A stretch of DNA of 58,291 nt, counting the filler, from Squatina squatina (Eukaryota): the NCBI GenBank assembly GCA_031763465.1. It is 3 parts of 3 records of this genome, joined end to end, with 100 filler letters (N's around TTAATTAATTAA, not from the genome) between each part and the next. Parts side by side here need not be neighbours in the genome. Positions count along the whole stretch, not along the records: positions 24,575 to 42,193 come from JARFOE010000013.1; 2 more parts are not named here. One strand, 5' to 3'. Below, in pieces: positions 26,233-40,420 of this stretch. The position numbers were made by a program, and so were the translations under genes. The notes below the pieces were generated by a model that worked only from the letters and a program-made list of their open reading frames with translations, was not told where the DNA came from and did no database searches. How positions within the stretch are numbered: position 1 is the first letter of the stretch; each line of letters opens with the position of its first letter.

Positions 26233-29200
26233 GGAGGAATTACAGACAAACAGATTAGGTGTTCATACATTAGGATCCAACTGCATGATTTCAGGGCTGA
26301 TATGTTTAAAATATCTTCAACTGTGTGCATCATGTGTGATAAGTAAAGAAGAATATTGTGTAGTGCTGATTTTTAATAGTTTCATACCCAGCCCATGTAG
26401 ATCTATGATGGGACATTGATTCTTTAAAAGCAAATTGGAAGGGATGACAGCATCTACAATACTGCACTTACTTAAGATTCTTTGCTCTTGCACCAGTTTT
26501 ATTTCTGTTTTATAATTTGATGTAAAAAGTGTGCGATTAGGTTATTTTTATAAATATTATTTATTGTTTTTAATTTAAGACTTTAGTTGTTTTAATTATG
26601 TGAACATTACTTTATTTAAATAAATGGTTTTCTGGGAGAGGTTTATAAAATTATTTTGCTTGTGTAGATTTTAAAACAAGAAAAGAAAACTTTTTTTTAT
26701 AAGTGACATTTCTCTTTGGGCTCAAAAGACAAATAACAAAACATTATTTATGTCTTCTGTGAGTTTTAAAAAAGGATTTTTTTATTTCTGTTCATTTGTG
26801 TTCTGATGCATTTATTTTCTTATTACTGTGTTTTGCTATATATATATATTATTTANNNNNNNNNNNNNNNNNNNNNNNNNNNNNNNNNNNNNNNNNNNNN
26901 NNNNNNNNNNNNNNNNNNNNNNNNNNNNNNNNNNNNNNNNNNNNNNNNNNNNNNNGTTGTCAGTCATCAAGGAAACTTTTCTGACTTGCAATGTCATGCC
27001 TCAGTGAAAGTGATGCAGCCACTTCCCAGTCATCCATGCCTTATTATTTTCAGTCATCAGCAGTTTTCTTTTTTACCCCTCCTCACCTCAACCATTACAG
27101 TAATTTGATGCTCGGCTTTTTTTTCCTGCATGAGCATCTTTCATTGATGAAAGCTCATGCTTGGGAGCTGCTTATAAAAATGATCTGCTCCATTAGCATT
27201 AAAAATGTTGCTGGGGTTACAGCAAGATAACATTTCTGGAATTTTTATCCTGCACCCATTTGTTGACACTTTCTGTGGGAACATCACTTGCTCCTTCCCT
27301 GTGCGTGGATCTCGATTTGATTGCGTGAGGTTGTTGTAGTGGTTGATCCATAGGCTCCGTTCCAAACTCTTGGGCAAATTCATTTGCCTTTTCCAGCAAG
27401 GCGAGGTGATAGTCCAGCTGAGTTGCTCTGGGCTGCTTGAATCTGGTTGAATTTGAATTAAGCAACAGATTTCACTGGACAAGACCAATTTGGATGGAAT
27501 TTCAAATTGGAATTAGCCAATTGATTTTCACTGGAAAAATGCTTTTGCACAATTTTAATTATCAGGTCATTTGAATTGAGCAACTTTGCATTAAAAAAAC
27601 ATGGTTGCAATCTGATCATTTTAAACTTTATACCATGTAGAATGAATTGTAAAAAGGGAAGGAATTGTGTTCTCCTTAGAAAGCTGCAAATTTAGCTGAA
27701 ACACTATCCTCAGTGCAGAAGAAATTAAACCTGTTTCAACATGTCATGTAACAATGTGGTTTTCATTTGCTCACACAAACAGCGGAGCTGATCACGATAC
27801 TGATTAACACTTTTCGTTTATTTGTTTTGCAAGACAATTTATCCTCTATTGCCGTTTTAGATCTATAATCAGTCTTACATATTTTACTTCTACAAAACTT
27901 CCAGGAAGACCAATTCCACTTTGAAAGCAACTCATCAACAGCACCGTCCTCAAGTCGCAAATTAATTCGATCTCACTTCCTGCTTGTTTCCGCTTGTTTT
28001 CTGTTCTGGTATTTGTGCTGAGGTGCAAGTAACCACTATTAGATCTTATCAACTTAGCCATATCATTAATGATGTGATCGGTAAAACAAAGTAACCCACA
28101 AAAAATAGAAATGGACCCGATTCCTCCAGAACTTCAAGGCAATTCTGTAAGTGCAGGGATGATGTGTGCATTGAATTCTTATTGCAGTACGACATGCATA
28201 TATGGCACATCATTTTTCTATGACCTTAATATAGGGAAGAGTTGGGTTCTGAAGAGAATTGTCTGTAGCTTCAAAAGGTTTCCCCTCAAAAGAAATATAC
28301 AATGGCACAGAGCCCTGTTTAAAAGCACCGAGCTCAAGTAGCTACTGTTAGATTGTTACTGCTGTCGTATTGTATCTGCTGAATATAGTGAGAATCAAAG
28401 AATTAATTGCTACCACACATGAAAATAATTACAGTTTTATAAATATAATACTGTGGTAATATACTAAAACTTAAAGCAAAGCACTGCTTTAAAAAAAAGT
28501 CTTTAAGTTCAGTTTTATATATAAAATATAATTATTTTGTAATTGTCTACATTTTTTGTGTACTCATTCATAACTATTATTTGTAATTGCTTGAAGCTAT
28601 TTTAAATGTGTTGTTCAATGTTTTGGCTCAGGTATCTCAGTGTAGTACATTAATATTTATTGTTTCCAACTGGTTCATACTTGATGTGTTTTGTAACGTG
28701 CACTGAATTGTTTGTTGTGTCAAACGTCATTAATAATGCTAGACTTTATTGTAAAATTTGCATTTTTCAGCCCTGATAAAGTGTACATTTTTTATGTTTG
28801 TGTAGGTTGTACATTGATGGCTCTTCATGTAATTGCTATTTCTTACAAGGAGACCGAAACATGTGTTGTATNNNNNNNNNNNNNNNNNNNNNNNNNNNNN
28901 NNNNNNNNNNNNNNNNNNNNNNNNNNNNNNNNNNNNNNNNNNNNNNNNNNNNNNNNNNNNNNNNNNNNNNNACCTGCTGAGTTTTTCCAGCTTTTTTTGT
29001 TTGTATTCTAGATTCCAGCATCTGCAATATTTCGCTTCTGTATTACAATCTATAAAAGTCTGTTTAATATTCCATGAGCAAATCACTACTGTGCTAGTAA
29101 ATCTGAAATAAAGATATTCTTACTGCTTGATGTGTATTATCTGAATTCACCCACAGATAACTGGGTGGTTTGTATCATTACTGTAGGCACACAGCATGAT

Positions 29201-29859
29201 CAAGTTGTCCTCAATTCTACCTTAAAACTAAATGCAGCATCATTGCTGCAGCTGTGTGTTGAAATAAGTGCACAATAAGCTGTTTGACTCTCTGGAAGCG
29301 AGCCAAGTTCCTTCACTGCCTGAAGCCAAACATTACATAACAAGGCCTTCAGTAGATGAATACAAAAGTTAGTTGGAGTATTATGATTAGATTAACAAAC
29401 AGAATTGGACATTAATAAATAAAATACTCAGGTCCGGAATCTGTGGTCAGTGGTGAAGCAAAGACACTCACCCCGATAAAAGCTGCCCACAGAGATCACA
29501 GGAACAGAAAGTTAGTTCATGATATTTCAGGTTCTACCTTATCCCCAATCTTTGTGTCACTCTCTGTAACGTTTTTTAAAAGTCCGGATAACAGCAGCTT
29601 TTTTTTTCATGGTGTCCTGNNNNNNNNNNNNNNNNNNNNNNNNNNNNNNNNNNNNNNNNNNNNNNNNNNNNNNNNNNNNNNNNNNNNNNNNNNNNNNNNN
29701 NNNNNNNNNNNNNNNNNNNCCTTTCTTGAAAACTCTGCTGTCTGTCAGACTACATGTTCAACATGCAGTTTTGGATGAGCCACAATTTCTTGCAGCTAAA
29801 TGCTGGAAAGTCTGAAGCCATCCTATTCAGCCCCTGTTGCAAACTCTGTTACCTTGGTG

Positions 29860-30240
29860 TACTATTCAACCGTGAGTTGAGCAGCTGACCCAGATCCTGT
29901 TCATCACAAGATGCTTCCACCTTTTGTACCATCCCCTGACTCTGTCCTTCCCTGAGCCCACATGCATGCTTTTGTCACCTGTAGACTTGACTTCAGTGTT
30001 CTAATGGCCAGCCTCCCATCTTCCACTCGTAAAATTCAACTGAGCCAAAACTCTGCCTGTCACCTGTCCTGCACCAAGTCCTCTTTGCCTGTAAACCTTT
30101 ATCTTTGGTGATCTACATTGGCTCCTAGACTCCCAGCACCCCCACACCCCCAAGCTCTCTAATCCTTCAGCCTCTTCTGCATCACCGCCCCCCCATCTCC
30201 ACAATTGATGACTGTCTTCGGCTGCCTAGGCTCGGAAATT
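29860..30240 (+). mobile_element. degenerate L2 LINE fragment
   Basis: catgcttttgtcacctgtagacttgacttc (HAFVTCRLDF), an L2 ORF2 motif. Confidence 0.6.
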
Positions 30241-30589
30241 CCCTTCATATACCTGCTATACTTTGTTGGTTAGGAACAGCCTGCAAGTGTTTCCAAGAAA
30301 GGATCTTACAAGATGGGAGGGGATTTTAAGAGGGAATTCAGGTTGTTGTATAAGGTGGTTCATCTTTTATCCCCACCTCCAGTTACTGTAAATTGAATGC
30401 ATTTAATTGCATTGTTAATTTTCATATACTGTAATTGTCTTTTGCAGGTTTCTACACATTTACATTATTGTGGTACTGCAATGCTGTACTAAGGCCCCGG
30501 TATCCAGACTGGAAGTGATACACTCTGTTGCCACCATCTGCTCATGCATAATCCATTGCACTCAGCGTTCTAACATTTTGTGGGTCTGA

Positions 30590-30852
<263 letters not shown>

Positions 30853-30985
30853 NNNNNNNNNNNNNNNNNNNNNNNNNNNNNNNNNNNNNNNNNNNNNNNN
30901 NNNNNNNNNNNNNNNNNNNNNNNNNNNNNNNNNNNNNNNNNNNNNNNNNNNNTATGCTGTAAGTTAATTATTTTTTCTTCTATAG

Positions 30986-31356
30986 CACCAGTAACTGTAC
31001 GATGCCTGCAGGATTTGGCAAGAATTTATATTCGTCGCAATCTTAGAAACTTGATAAATCAAGAGATTCAGGCCAAAGGCATTCTTCACAAGGTTCCACC
31101 AAAACGGAAACGCAAGAAGCTCCGCAGACGCAAAATTGACACCTATGTGTTTGTGGGCAATCAGTTGATACCTCAGCCTTTTGACAGTGATGAGGATGAT
31201 AAAATGGAAGAAGAGAATAGAGAGCAGGAAGAAAAAGAAATGAATGAAGGCCTTAAACAGGAAGAGGCTCCTCCAAATTTGCTTCGAGAGAGAATTCTGA
31301 GTCTGCCACTACCAGAATCCTTGAAAGCGTACCTAACATTCTATAGACAAAAATAG
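30986..31356 (+). CDS. PCMTD1: PCMTD1 last coding exon (SOCS box region)
   Basis: Acceptor ttcttctatag. PVTVRCLQDLARIYIRR (BC box)...LSLPLPESLKAYLTFYRQK* (cullin box). Candidate AATAAA at 34012-34017. Confidence 0.93.
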
Positions 31357-34300
31357 CACTGAACAAACCGAATCCTAAAGGTAACTGTCCACTGATATGT
31401 CTCCGAGTTCTCAAATGTAGCATTTATAGAAAAATCACTCCCCCAAAAAAAAGTTGCTTGAATATACTGAAAGCAGGTTACAAACCTTAAAAATGACTAA
31501 ATTAATTTGACTTGATTACTTTTAATTCAACCCATCTCTGGTAAAGGTTATGTTCAGATGCTGAATTCTGAAGATCCAAGCAATACTTCAGATTGTACAC
31601 ATTAATCTTGTGAGACTTCTGGTAGCACAACAAGAACATTTTGAGAAGGTGAAGGATTTTGCATTTTCTATGAGGAAATGAAAAGTAGGTTATTTTTAAA
31701 GTTGCATAAAGGTTTTAAAGATTTAAGTGGTGAGTACCATTTGAATATAACTTGATTAATCAGATTTGCTAGTGCAGTTAGCAATTTTTACGATATTACC
31801 AATTCCCTTTGTAAGTCATGCATGCGCAACCATACGATAAATAACAGACCATAAAGCAATGTATTTGTTTGACTTTGAGAACTGTTAACCTTGGAAAGAT
31901 TTTCTATGGCAATGCAAAAAATATATGGCCTTTTTGAGCAGTTCAGAAGTGTGGATTTAGCGATACCAGCAGTAATTGGTGGTTGTACAACTACTTAATG
32001 CGTTTTACTGCCCTCAAGTAGTAATATCTGGCAGGTCCTATAATTGGGCATTAACACATGTAATGCTTTCATATTCTAATTACTAATAGGATGTATAATG
32101 TTTAGACTCAAAATCGTATAATGTGCTTATACAGCAGATGCACTTTAGAACTTTGGAAAATTTAAGTTTGCCAAGACTTTTAAACTTTTTGACAAAAACT
32201 TGCTTTGTGACTTATTTTTGAACTCTGTTCTTCCAGTGTTAGAACAGTGAAAATGCTGTTTGTTACCTTTGTCACTTTGAAATTACTTTGGGATAGTAAA
32301 TACCCTTAAACAATACTCTGGGACCTTAGGGATTATGTAGCAAACTTGCAAAAATGTTAAGTAAGGCAATATACCATAGCCTCTGATTTGCTTACTATAG
32401 TACTTGGCTCATTTGCACCTCTCCTGAATCCTTTGACACTTTGTGTACAGCTCAGGGAGAGGACACAGAGGGATCTTTTCTTGATACCATGTACATTAGG
32501 TTGTAATGGTGTACCAAGGTGATTAATTCATGGTGGATTGTAAACTTGGTGATGATACTTGAAGTGATATTCATGTAAATATTTTTGCACAAATCCAGGG
32601 TCTTAATGAAGGTAGCACACTATATAGGTGCAGCATCCTACCACATAAAAGCTGGGATGATCTGCAGCACAATTGTGGCATGAATGTGGCACAGTGCAAT
32701 ACTTGCTGCTGTGTTATTTAAATATGTAAATGCATAATGCTTCTCCTAGCAATGTTGAACGCTCATTATATATATGATGCCATACCATTGTAAGCAGTGC
32801 CCAGTGTTACCAAGCAGTTATGGTGGAAAATGCTGTGTATGATGTCGTACCATTATTATCGTGTCATTTAAACATGCTTACNNNNNNNNNNNNNNNNNNN
32901 NNNNNNNNNNNNNNNNNNNNNNNNNNNNNNNNNNNNNNNNNNNNNNNNNNNNNNNNNNNNNNNNNNNNNNNNNNNNNNNNNACTCATTTTTTGGTTCTAG
33001 TAGTTCTTTTGAAGTCTTCCAAAGAGGTTTCACCTCGGTCACAAAAAAAGAATATTCAATAAATGAGAAAGCCAATGAGTTTTTTGGGGAAACCTATACC
33101 TTAAAAGGTACAATTAGCCTTCAGGCCCATGTACTTGGAGGAGAAAATATTATCCTGAATTCCTGCTTTCACTCACTATCCAACGATACCTACAGGAAAA
33201 TATATGCAAGGATGCCAGATAAAGACAGTAATGCCAGCCATGATGGACCCCATGGTCAATAGCTGTAAGATGCTTTATTATGAAGGTATCTACATAAAAG
33301 GTAAGTCACTAAATTGCCAATGTGTCACTGCTACCTGAACACAGTACAATACCCAGCCTATTTATCTTGAGGAAGTTCTTCATAATGAAACCTTCCTGTT
33401 TGGGTCCTGAATTGCTTTCTAACACGGTATCCTGATTTTCTTTTTTGAAAAAGCATACAGAACATACTTGAGGTTCATTAATGGGCCCAATTCTAACCTT
33501 GAACAATTCTGTCGTTCATAGTACAGATAACATAAATGTTACTCAAGATGTTACTGTGAATACTGTGTAAATGTATTTCAAGATAAATGCAGTGCATGCT
33601 GGAATGGCCACAATTTTCTTTTTGTTGCAATCGATAGTACGAAGCAAAATAAATAGTTCCTGTTGGGAACAGAAAAGAACCACTACAATTTAAATCAATT
33701 CTGTTTTGAGAGATTTAAGTTTTCTGACTTGAATTTAAACCAATCAACATTTTTTTCTGCACTGTCATTTGATCTATTATATACAGTAGTAAAACAAACA
33801 ATAGATGTATTTTCATAGGTATGTAATTTTCTGTAACTTTTTGATCAAGAAATATAAATTCATGTTTAGAAGTGTTGCTTTTTGGTGTTGAAAATATGAT
33901 TTGTTTCATTTCATAGAATTACTAATTATAAACACTAGCAGTTCTATGAAAGCTCAGTTTAAATGAATACGTTTGCTTCTGTAAACATTGATTATTGGAG
34001 AAATATTTTGCAATAAAATTGATATTCTTTGTCATATCTGTGTTGTAGTGACAAATTTGTCTGACTTTTGATTGCTTAGTTTTCAATAAAACAAACCACT
34101 ATTTATTTTTTAAAAAATTATCTCCAGAATGGCACCAACAAAACGAGTGAGTGTGATGGTCTGCCTTTTAATGAGCTATTGCATTTTCTAAAAATACAAA
34201 TACGGTCATCAAATGAAATTGTGACAGAACAGCCATTTAAGGTAATATCTGATGTGCTTTCTTCACTGCACCGTCTATAGATTATATTTTAGTTAGCAAC

Positions 34301-35615
34301 CAGCACTAAAGTATGTGCAGTCTGTCTTGTCAATCTTCGAAAGAGGTAAAGTGTTCCACTTTGTAAGGAAAGAGTGTCATATTGGAGCTGAACTGCGCAA
34401 TCCCACTCTGCTGTATTAATGGTGGTGAAGCAGCAATCTTAATGTGTCTGTGATCACGACACCTGACCCTGCTAGAATATCTGGTGCCCAATTGGGGTCG
34501 CCTAATTTTAATCACAGGGTGCCTGTGCTAGCATGGGTGCATCGTAGGCCCCTATTAGGGGTTGAGATGGGGAGCAAGCTGCAGTGCTGTATGGCCACAT
34601 GGGGACACTGCTGGCAATCCTGCAGAAAATGCTGATTTGGGCTAAAGAAATTTTCAAGGCTCTGCTCTGGGGCTATTCAGACCACAATTCAGGTCTAAAG
34701 ACTTTGTGGGTCCCGCTTTCACCCTTTCATGGACCTATATGGGGCACACAAGCAATAAGAGTTGGAGTATCAGGCAGGCTATATCACCCCGCCAGCTCNN
34801 NNNNNNNNNNNNNNNNNNNNNNNNNNNNNNNNNNNNNNNNNNNNNNNNNNNNNNNNNNNNNNNNNNNNNNNNNNNNNNNNNNNNNNNNNNNNNNNNNNGT
34901 GTTAATCTAAGCAAATAATAAACATCCTGTCATGAATCTTTTAGTAATTATATGTAGCTTGATTTATTGTGCATAAACAGTTATTAAAATTTAAATTAAA
35001 TTTCCCATGATTAGTGTTATAATTAAAAGCCTCATAATGTAGGTAGAGTGTATCACATTTGTATTATGTTTAATCATCGCCAACGTTCATCAGGAACAAT
35101 TGTCCAGTTTTAGTTTCCAAAATCTTTTCACAGTATCTGAGGTCAGAGCCAAAAGGGGAGGAATAAGAAAAGACCTTCTCATAAAGGCTAATGTCTCCAT
35201 CTACAATCCAAGATACCAAGTTGAATTAATGTTTAGGCTTGTTTGTAATGTTGAAGATTCCATCCTCTACAGTATATAAGTTGTAGGATGTATAAAGGAC
35301 ATTGGTTTACAAATCCCATTTAGAAGCGAATCTCTTGTCCCTCCCAAAAATCCCCCTGGCTCTTCCCTTGTTTTGTAGAAACTGTACTGGTAATTTTGTG
35401 TCTTTAAATCCCAGCATTAGGACTCCCTAATCCTGGCAGTGTTTTGTGGATAAAGTTGCTGGATTCTTTCAGCTCCCTGTGCTGTAATATGATCCTGGTT
35501 GTGGTTGTGGTCTGATTGGATGCTCAGGCTGAGTTAAACTTGCCCAGACCCCACTCACTCTTTCAGTTCAGATTCTGCAGCTCCAGGCACTGCTACTGCT
35601 CTGATCTCTCTCAGG

Positions 35616-35773
35616 ATGGGACGTGAATGTTTCCTTTTCATAACTATTTTCTTTCTCCTCTTCCCTGCACTCTCCTCCTGCCCAAACCGGTGTCTGTGCT
35701 TCAGAACTACTGTCCGCTGTATGCACTTGATGCTGGATCACATCCCCAAAGTAGCACCGCAGACTGTTATCCT
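35616..35773 (+). CDS. PXDNL: peroxidasin-like protein, first coding exon (signal peptide + LRRNT)
   Basis: [53 protein letters not shown], then donor gtaagt. MHLMLDHIP is PXDNL-like, and the ST18-PCMTD1-PXDNL order matches human 8q11. This frame is not in the ORF track. Confidence 0.88.
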
Positions 35774-38700
35774 GTAAGTACAGAACTTTCTTTTAGAACT
35801 GTTTTGAAAGTTTGTTTCACAACCTGAGTTCAATTAACTTCTGACTTGTTATGGTAATCATGTAGTCTGCGGAACTATTAAATCTGAAGTGCAATTTCGT
35901 TTACGAAGTAGGCCAAATGAATCTCAGTTTGGGATTACATTTAAAGATTGTTCTGTGCTGCTAAAAAGATTTTCTGTTTTTCAAAGCTATATGCTGTAAC
36001 TTCTGTGATTTTTGCATCAAGTGACTGCTGTGAAATGAATGGGGAAGTACAAAAAGGATGCCAGCAAGAATGAAATGCCAGTTTATTGGCACCTGTTGAG
36101 ATCATTTTTTTGTTATTTTGTCCAAAGTTTACCGTTGTGTGTGACAAGTGCTACGGAATTAGTTAGTAGTGAACTTTGGGAAGCTAGTTTATTTCATGCT
36201 ATGGGCTGAATAAGTAGAACCTACAGTGATTGGATTTGTCCTGCATAAGAATCAGCTCCAGTTGATTTCAGCTTACTGANNNNNNNNNNNNNNNNNNNNN
36301 NNNNNNNNNNNNNNNNNNNNNNNNNNNNNNNNNNNNNNNNNNNNNNNNNNNNNNNNNNNNNNNNNNNNNNNNNNNNNNNCTAGACCAATCCCGTTCTCAC
36401 CTGGCATCCACCTATACACTCACATTCCAGCATGTGACACTTTTGATTGCAATCAGAAGCAGGAGCCAGGACTGCTTTTTTATCTAAGATTAATCATCCC
36501 AGCACAGAATAAGAATCAAACTGAGTCACACCATGTGCACTTTATTCAGTAAACCACTAATACTTTGAGAAACAGAGAAGAAAAATAGCCCAATGAGCCA
36601 GAGGGTTAAAAGCATTTAAACAAATCTTCTTTCTTGGTTTTGTTCCATTTTAAAGTGTAAAATGTGTTAATCAACATGCATTTCCCTAGGTAATTCCCAA
36701 TCAATCATTTATCTTTTTGTCACTGTAACTGTATAAACGAACATTTGTAAAAGATAACATGCATATGTATTACATTTTAATCTTCAAAATGTCACTGAAT
36801 GAAACAATTGATTGATGTGTTTATTTTGTGTCTAAATCCTTTGCTCTAGGGCTGTACTGTCAATGAATATTTTGTATTTTGGGTGATTTTAAACTGATGA
36901 TGAAGCTAAAGTACAAGGGTATGTCTCTTACCTGTTAGCTTCTATATTCAATTTAGCCCTGTTTATACCAGCAATTGTGTTGTGGGTAAATCTGGCAGGG
37001 ATTCAATCCAGAATGAAAGCGATTCATTTTGTTCCTTCATATCAATTCCAGACTGGTTCAATAGCTTGCTGCAGCCATTTAAAGTTCTACCTGTTTGGGC
37101 CTCTATGGTATTTTGTCTTAATTTATGTTACAATGATGATTAGATTTGGCATATGAGAGGTTAATTTCCAAAGCTAGAAGACATGGAAACCAGACTGTTG
37201 CCACAGTAATATGGAATGTCTGTTGGGAAACAATGGGAGTTGTTGAGTACAATTCTTAACACTTCGTGCCATGGTGATAGAATGGGGACACCAGACAGAT
37301 CAGCCATAAAGTTCATTTTTAATGCACGTTTGTGTAGTTTTGGGATCTGGGAAATACCTTACGGGTCAGTTAGCTGAATTGGTCATGTCACTGAGAAGCG
37401 TCTTCAACCATCAATAAAGATAAACTTCTTTGCTTTCAGCCAGTATTGGTGGAATATCCACTGTAGTTTAATTAAATCAAAAAAGTCATATTGTATGCAA
37501 GTACAATACAGGACACAGAGAAAACTATCACTTAGCGATATACCAGTCTGGGTATGTACAGCCTGATACAGATAAATATTTGGACAGTAAAACTTGGGTT
37601 TAGCTCGTATGAAAGGATTCATTTTTATTTTTATGGAATAAGTAGTGATAAGAAATTACTAAATCTTACTATGAAAACTAAATTCTTTTCATTCACGAAT
37701 TCCTAAAATGCTTTTTAGTCTGGCTTCCGTGAAGACAGAGTAAACACATGTGACAGCACATTTAAAACGACAATAGCTGGTATTTACAAAGGATTTCTGC
37801 CTTACAGTCTCTGGGCCATGCTATAGTTGGCAGTAAAGGATGTATTTGGGATTGTAGGAGGTAGGTCAATTTAGGGGAGCGACTGGTGATGCTGAACTTG
37901 AGAGACTATCTAGCCCAAAGCCTAACAATTTGTAACATTAGCCTATTTCATTCTATTCTAATCTGAACCCACTGTCAGTGCAGTGTAAATTTGGCTCTGT
38001 AGTGACAACAGAATTAGGTGCTGATTTCTGTTCTTCTGTTTCTGAAGAACAGGAGATGTCTGTATGGTGACGTTCAACATCACTGCACTATTTTGTGTTC
38101 TCACATTGAGTTGGATTCTGAAGTTTGCGTGGGGCTATCAGGAATAAAATTGTGGAAAGAAATGTCAATGGAAAAAAATGAGCACCTGGATTTCCATAAG
38201 CAGTTGGTGCTTTGAGAATCTGTGGGACTGTTACTGGAGATTTTATAGTTGGGCAGTTATACTCTGGAGAGCAATACAAATATATATCCAAAAAAAAACA
38301 TTTACGTGTGATCTAATTACTTCTGTGAAGTTAAGTAATTTTCCACATTTCCAGATGGTGTTAATTGGAAGGTTTGGTCATGGTTCATAGAAAAAGGCTG
38401 AGAATTTAGAAAACATCTGTTTTCCAAATGAATGATGAATGACTGCAACATTGCAAGACAAGAATAAGTTATATTATCAGGTTCAAGCATGCTATAAGAA
38501 ATGTAACTTCCTTGTTTGCTTTTTCCTATATCACAATGGGCCTGAAATTGCGATGTCCCCGGGTGGGAACGATGTTCCCACGCACCTGGGAAGAAATCGC
38601 AGAAGCTGATTAAGGGGCTGTACATCGTAAGCATCATAANNNNNNNNNNNNNNNNNNNNNNNNNNNNNNNNNNNNNNNNNNNNNNNNNNNNNNNNNNNNN

Positions 38701-39415
38701 NNNNNNNNNNNNNNNNNNNNNNNNNNNNNNNNNNNNNNNAGAAAATTTTCAATTCCTATTTCATCAAATACACAGTTGAAACATTATCTATTTAACCTAA
38801 TGCTTTTGGGTCAAATATTCAAATGATACTCCAAATCCATTTGTCTCATCTCTGCTTCCTACACATTTTCATAGCAGGAATATGAATGCAGTGCTTGTAC
38901 AACCTGTACAAGGAATGGAACTGTTTTTCAAACTCTGGCAATACATAACATTCAATATGCACTGATGAATGTTGTATCTTTGCCCATATTTGATCTTGAC
39001 AGGTTAACCAAATAGAGTCAAATGGAATGAATTGGTTCTTTCACTACAGTATCTACCCAAATGAATGAACATTGAGAATTGCTTTATAAGGCCCTTTGTT
39101 CTTTTAAGTTTCCAATTATACAGTGAACCCTCTCATTCTGCTCATCTTGAAGAAATTGTGGGTACTTCCACTAATTGATTCCTTTACTCTTATGTTATGC
39201 TTATTCCATTCTCCCCATTCGGTCTCCCACTGTAGTCACTGCCATGGTTACAAATCCTTTCCTGACTGATTATAAAGGTCTCTGGGGATGCATTATCACT
39301 GCTCTCAATGAAGCTACAGGATTGGCTGCAAGTATGTGCATTTCTTTCATAAAACTGGTGCTGTGGGATTCTGCATTTCTCTCTGGCACCACTCTGTCAG
39401 AGAAAAAGAATCCAA

Positions 39416-39672
39416 GGCGCCCAATTGGTCTTTTCTAAGTTTGTAGCGCTATGGGACCAAATTCTATCATTTTAGTGCCCGTTTAGCACCATTCTGTTAA
39501 GACGGAGAATTCGGCTCTTAGACAAATTTTTTTGGGCAGCTTAAAAACTGGCGCAAAAATCAACCTTAACCGACCCTTGATCGGAACTGATAGAACTTTG
39601 CAGGTTAGAGCAGACCAATTTTGCAACCGATCTAAGGAGCTGCTGTCAAGTGTCAGGCTACCTCAGCCCTTA
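39416..39672 (+). mobile_element. MITE/DNA transposon end; same family as 44798-44852
   Basis: Both copies begin ggcgcccaattggtctttt...aagtttgt...atgggaccaa and run into gaps. Confidence 0.65.
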
Positions 39673-40194
39673 NNNNNNNNNNNNNNNNNNNNNNNNNNNN
39701 NNNNNNNNNNNNNNNNNNNNNNNNNNNNNNNNNNNNNNNNNNNNNNNNNNNNNNNNNNNNNNNNNNNNNNNNCGGCGACTGACATGACTGGGTAGATAAC
39801 AAAGAATGTCAGTGCCACGAGAAAGCCTTTTGTGTACACATCTTTGTGATTCTTCTTCGCACTTTGATCCTCAGTTCGAAGAACTAAACAGACGGAGAAA
39901 AAACATTTGCTCGGTGTCAAGTTCATTTCCTCATTTCCTGCAGTAAAATAAACGTCAGTGAGAAAAGGCACTGTTTGTGCACACCAAAACGTATGCTCAC
40001 TGCATTCATGGTTTTGGCTTGGAAAATGGAAACCTTCCTTATGTTTCAGACTTGGTTAGTCTGGAATCCAGACACTTTCCATTTGGGTGAGCAGAGGCAA
40101 CAGGTTAGGTTTTGTTAAATATGACTTCAATTTCAAAAAAACTGGAATAATAATATCAGCTCCAACAATGAGGTGACATTAAAGTTATGTCGAG

Positions 40195-40420
40195 GCAGCA
40201 GTTGAAGCAGTACAGTTGGCCTCAGTGCTATTGGGCTATGGAAGAAGAAACAAAACCAGCCAGGATTCTTGCTCCAGTACACTGGCAGTGCTGGAAGATG
40301 TGTATGTGTGAGTAACAGGCGAGGACAGGATTGGCCTCAGCTGTGATGCCTTCCATGGCCTTTATCATCTAAGGTTATATCTGAAGAATGGCGATTTGAA
40401 CAAGGTACCAGCCAACCATT
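40195..40420 (+). mobile_element. old SINE-like repeat (related copies near 55680-55850 and 57590-57720)
   Basis: Shared core such as ggcctcagtgc...aaaaccagccagg...tgtgtg...gaggacaggattggcctcagctgtgatgcc. Confidence 0.5.

Noticed and set aside
27141-27488. 115-aa antisense ORF downstream of the ST18 stop
   Set aside because: No domain, splice or compositional support; chance ORF in UTR-like DNA.
35568-35771. 67-codon minus-strand terminal-exon candidate
   Set aside because: It is the antisense shadow of PXDNL exon 1.
39190-39394. Minus-strand acceptor followed by 67 open codons
   Set aside because: No recognisable homology and no verifiable phase link to another exon; abuts a MITE.
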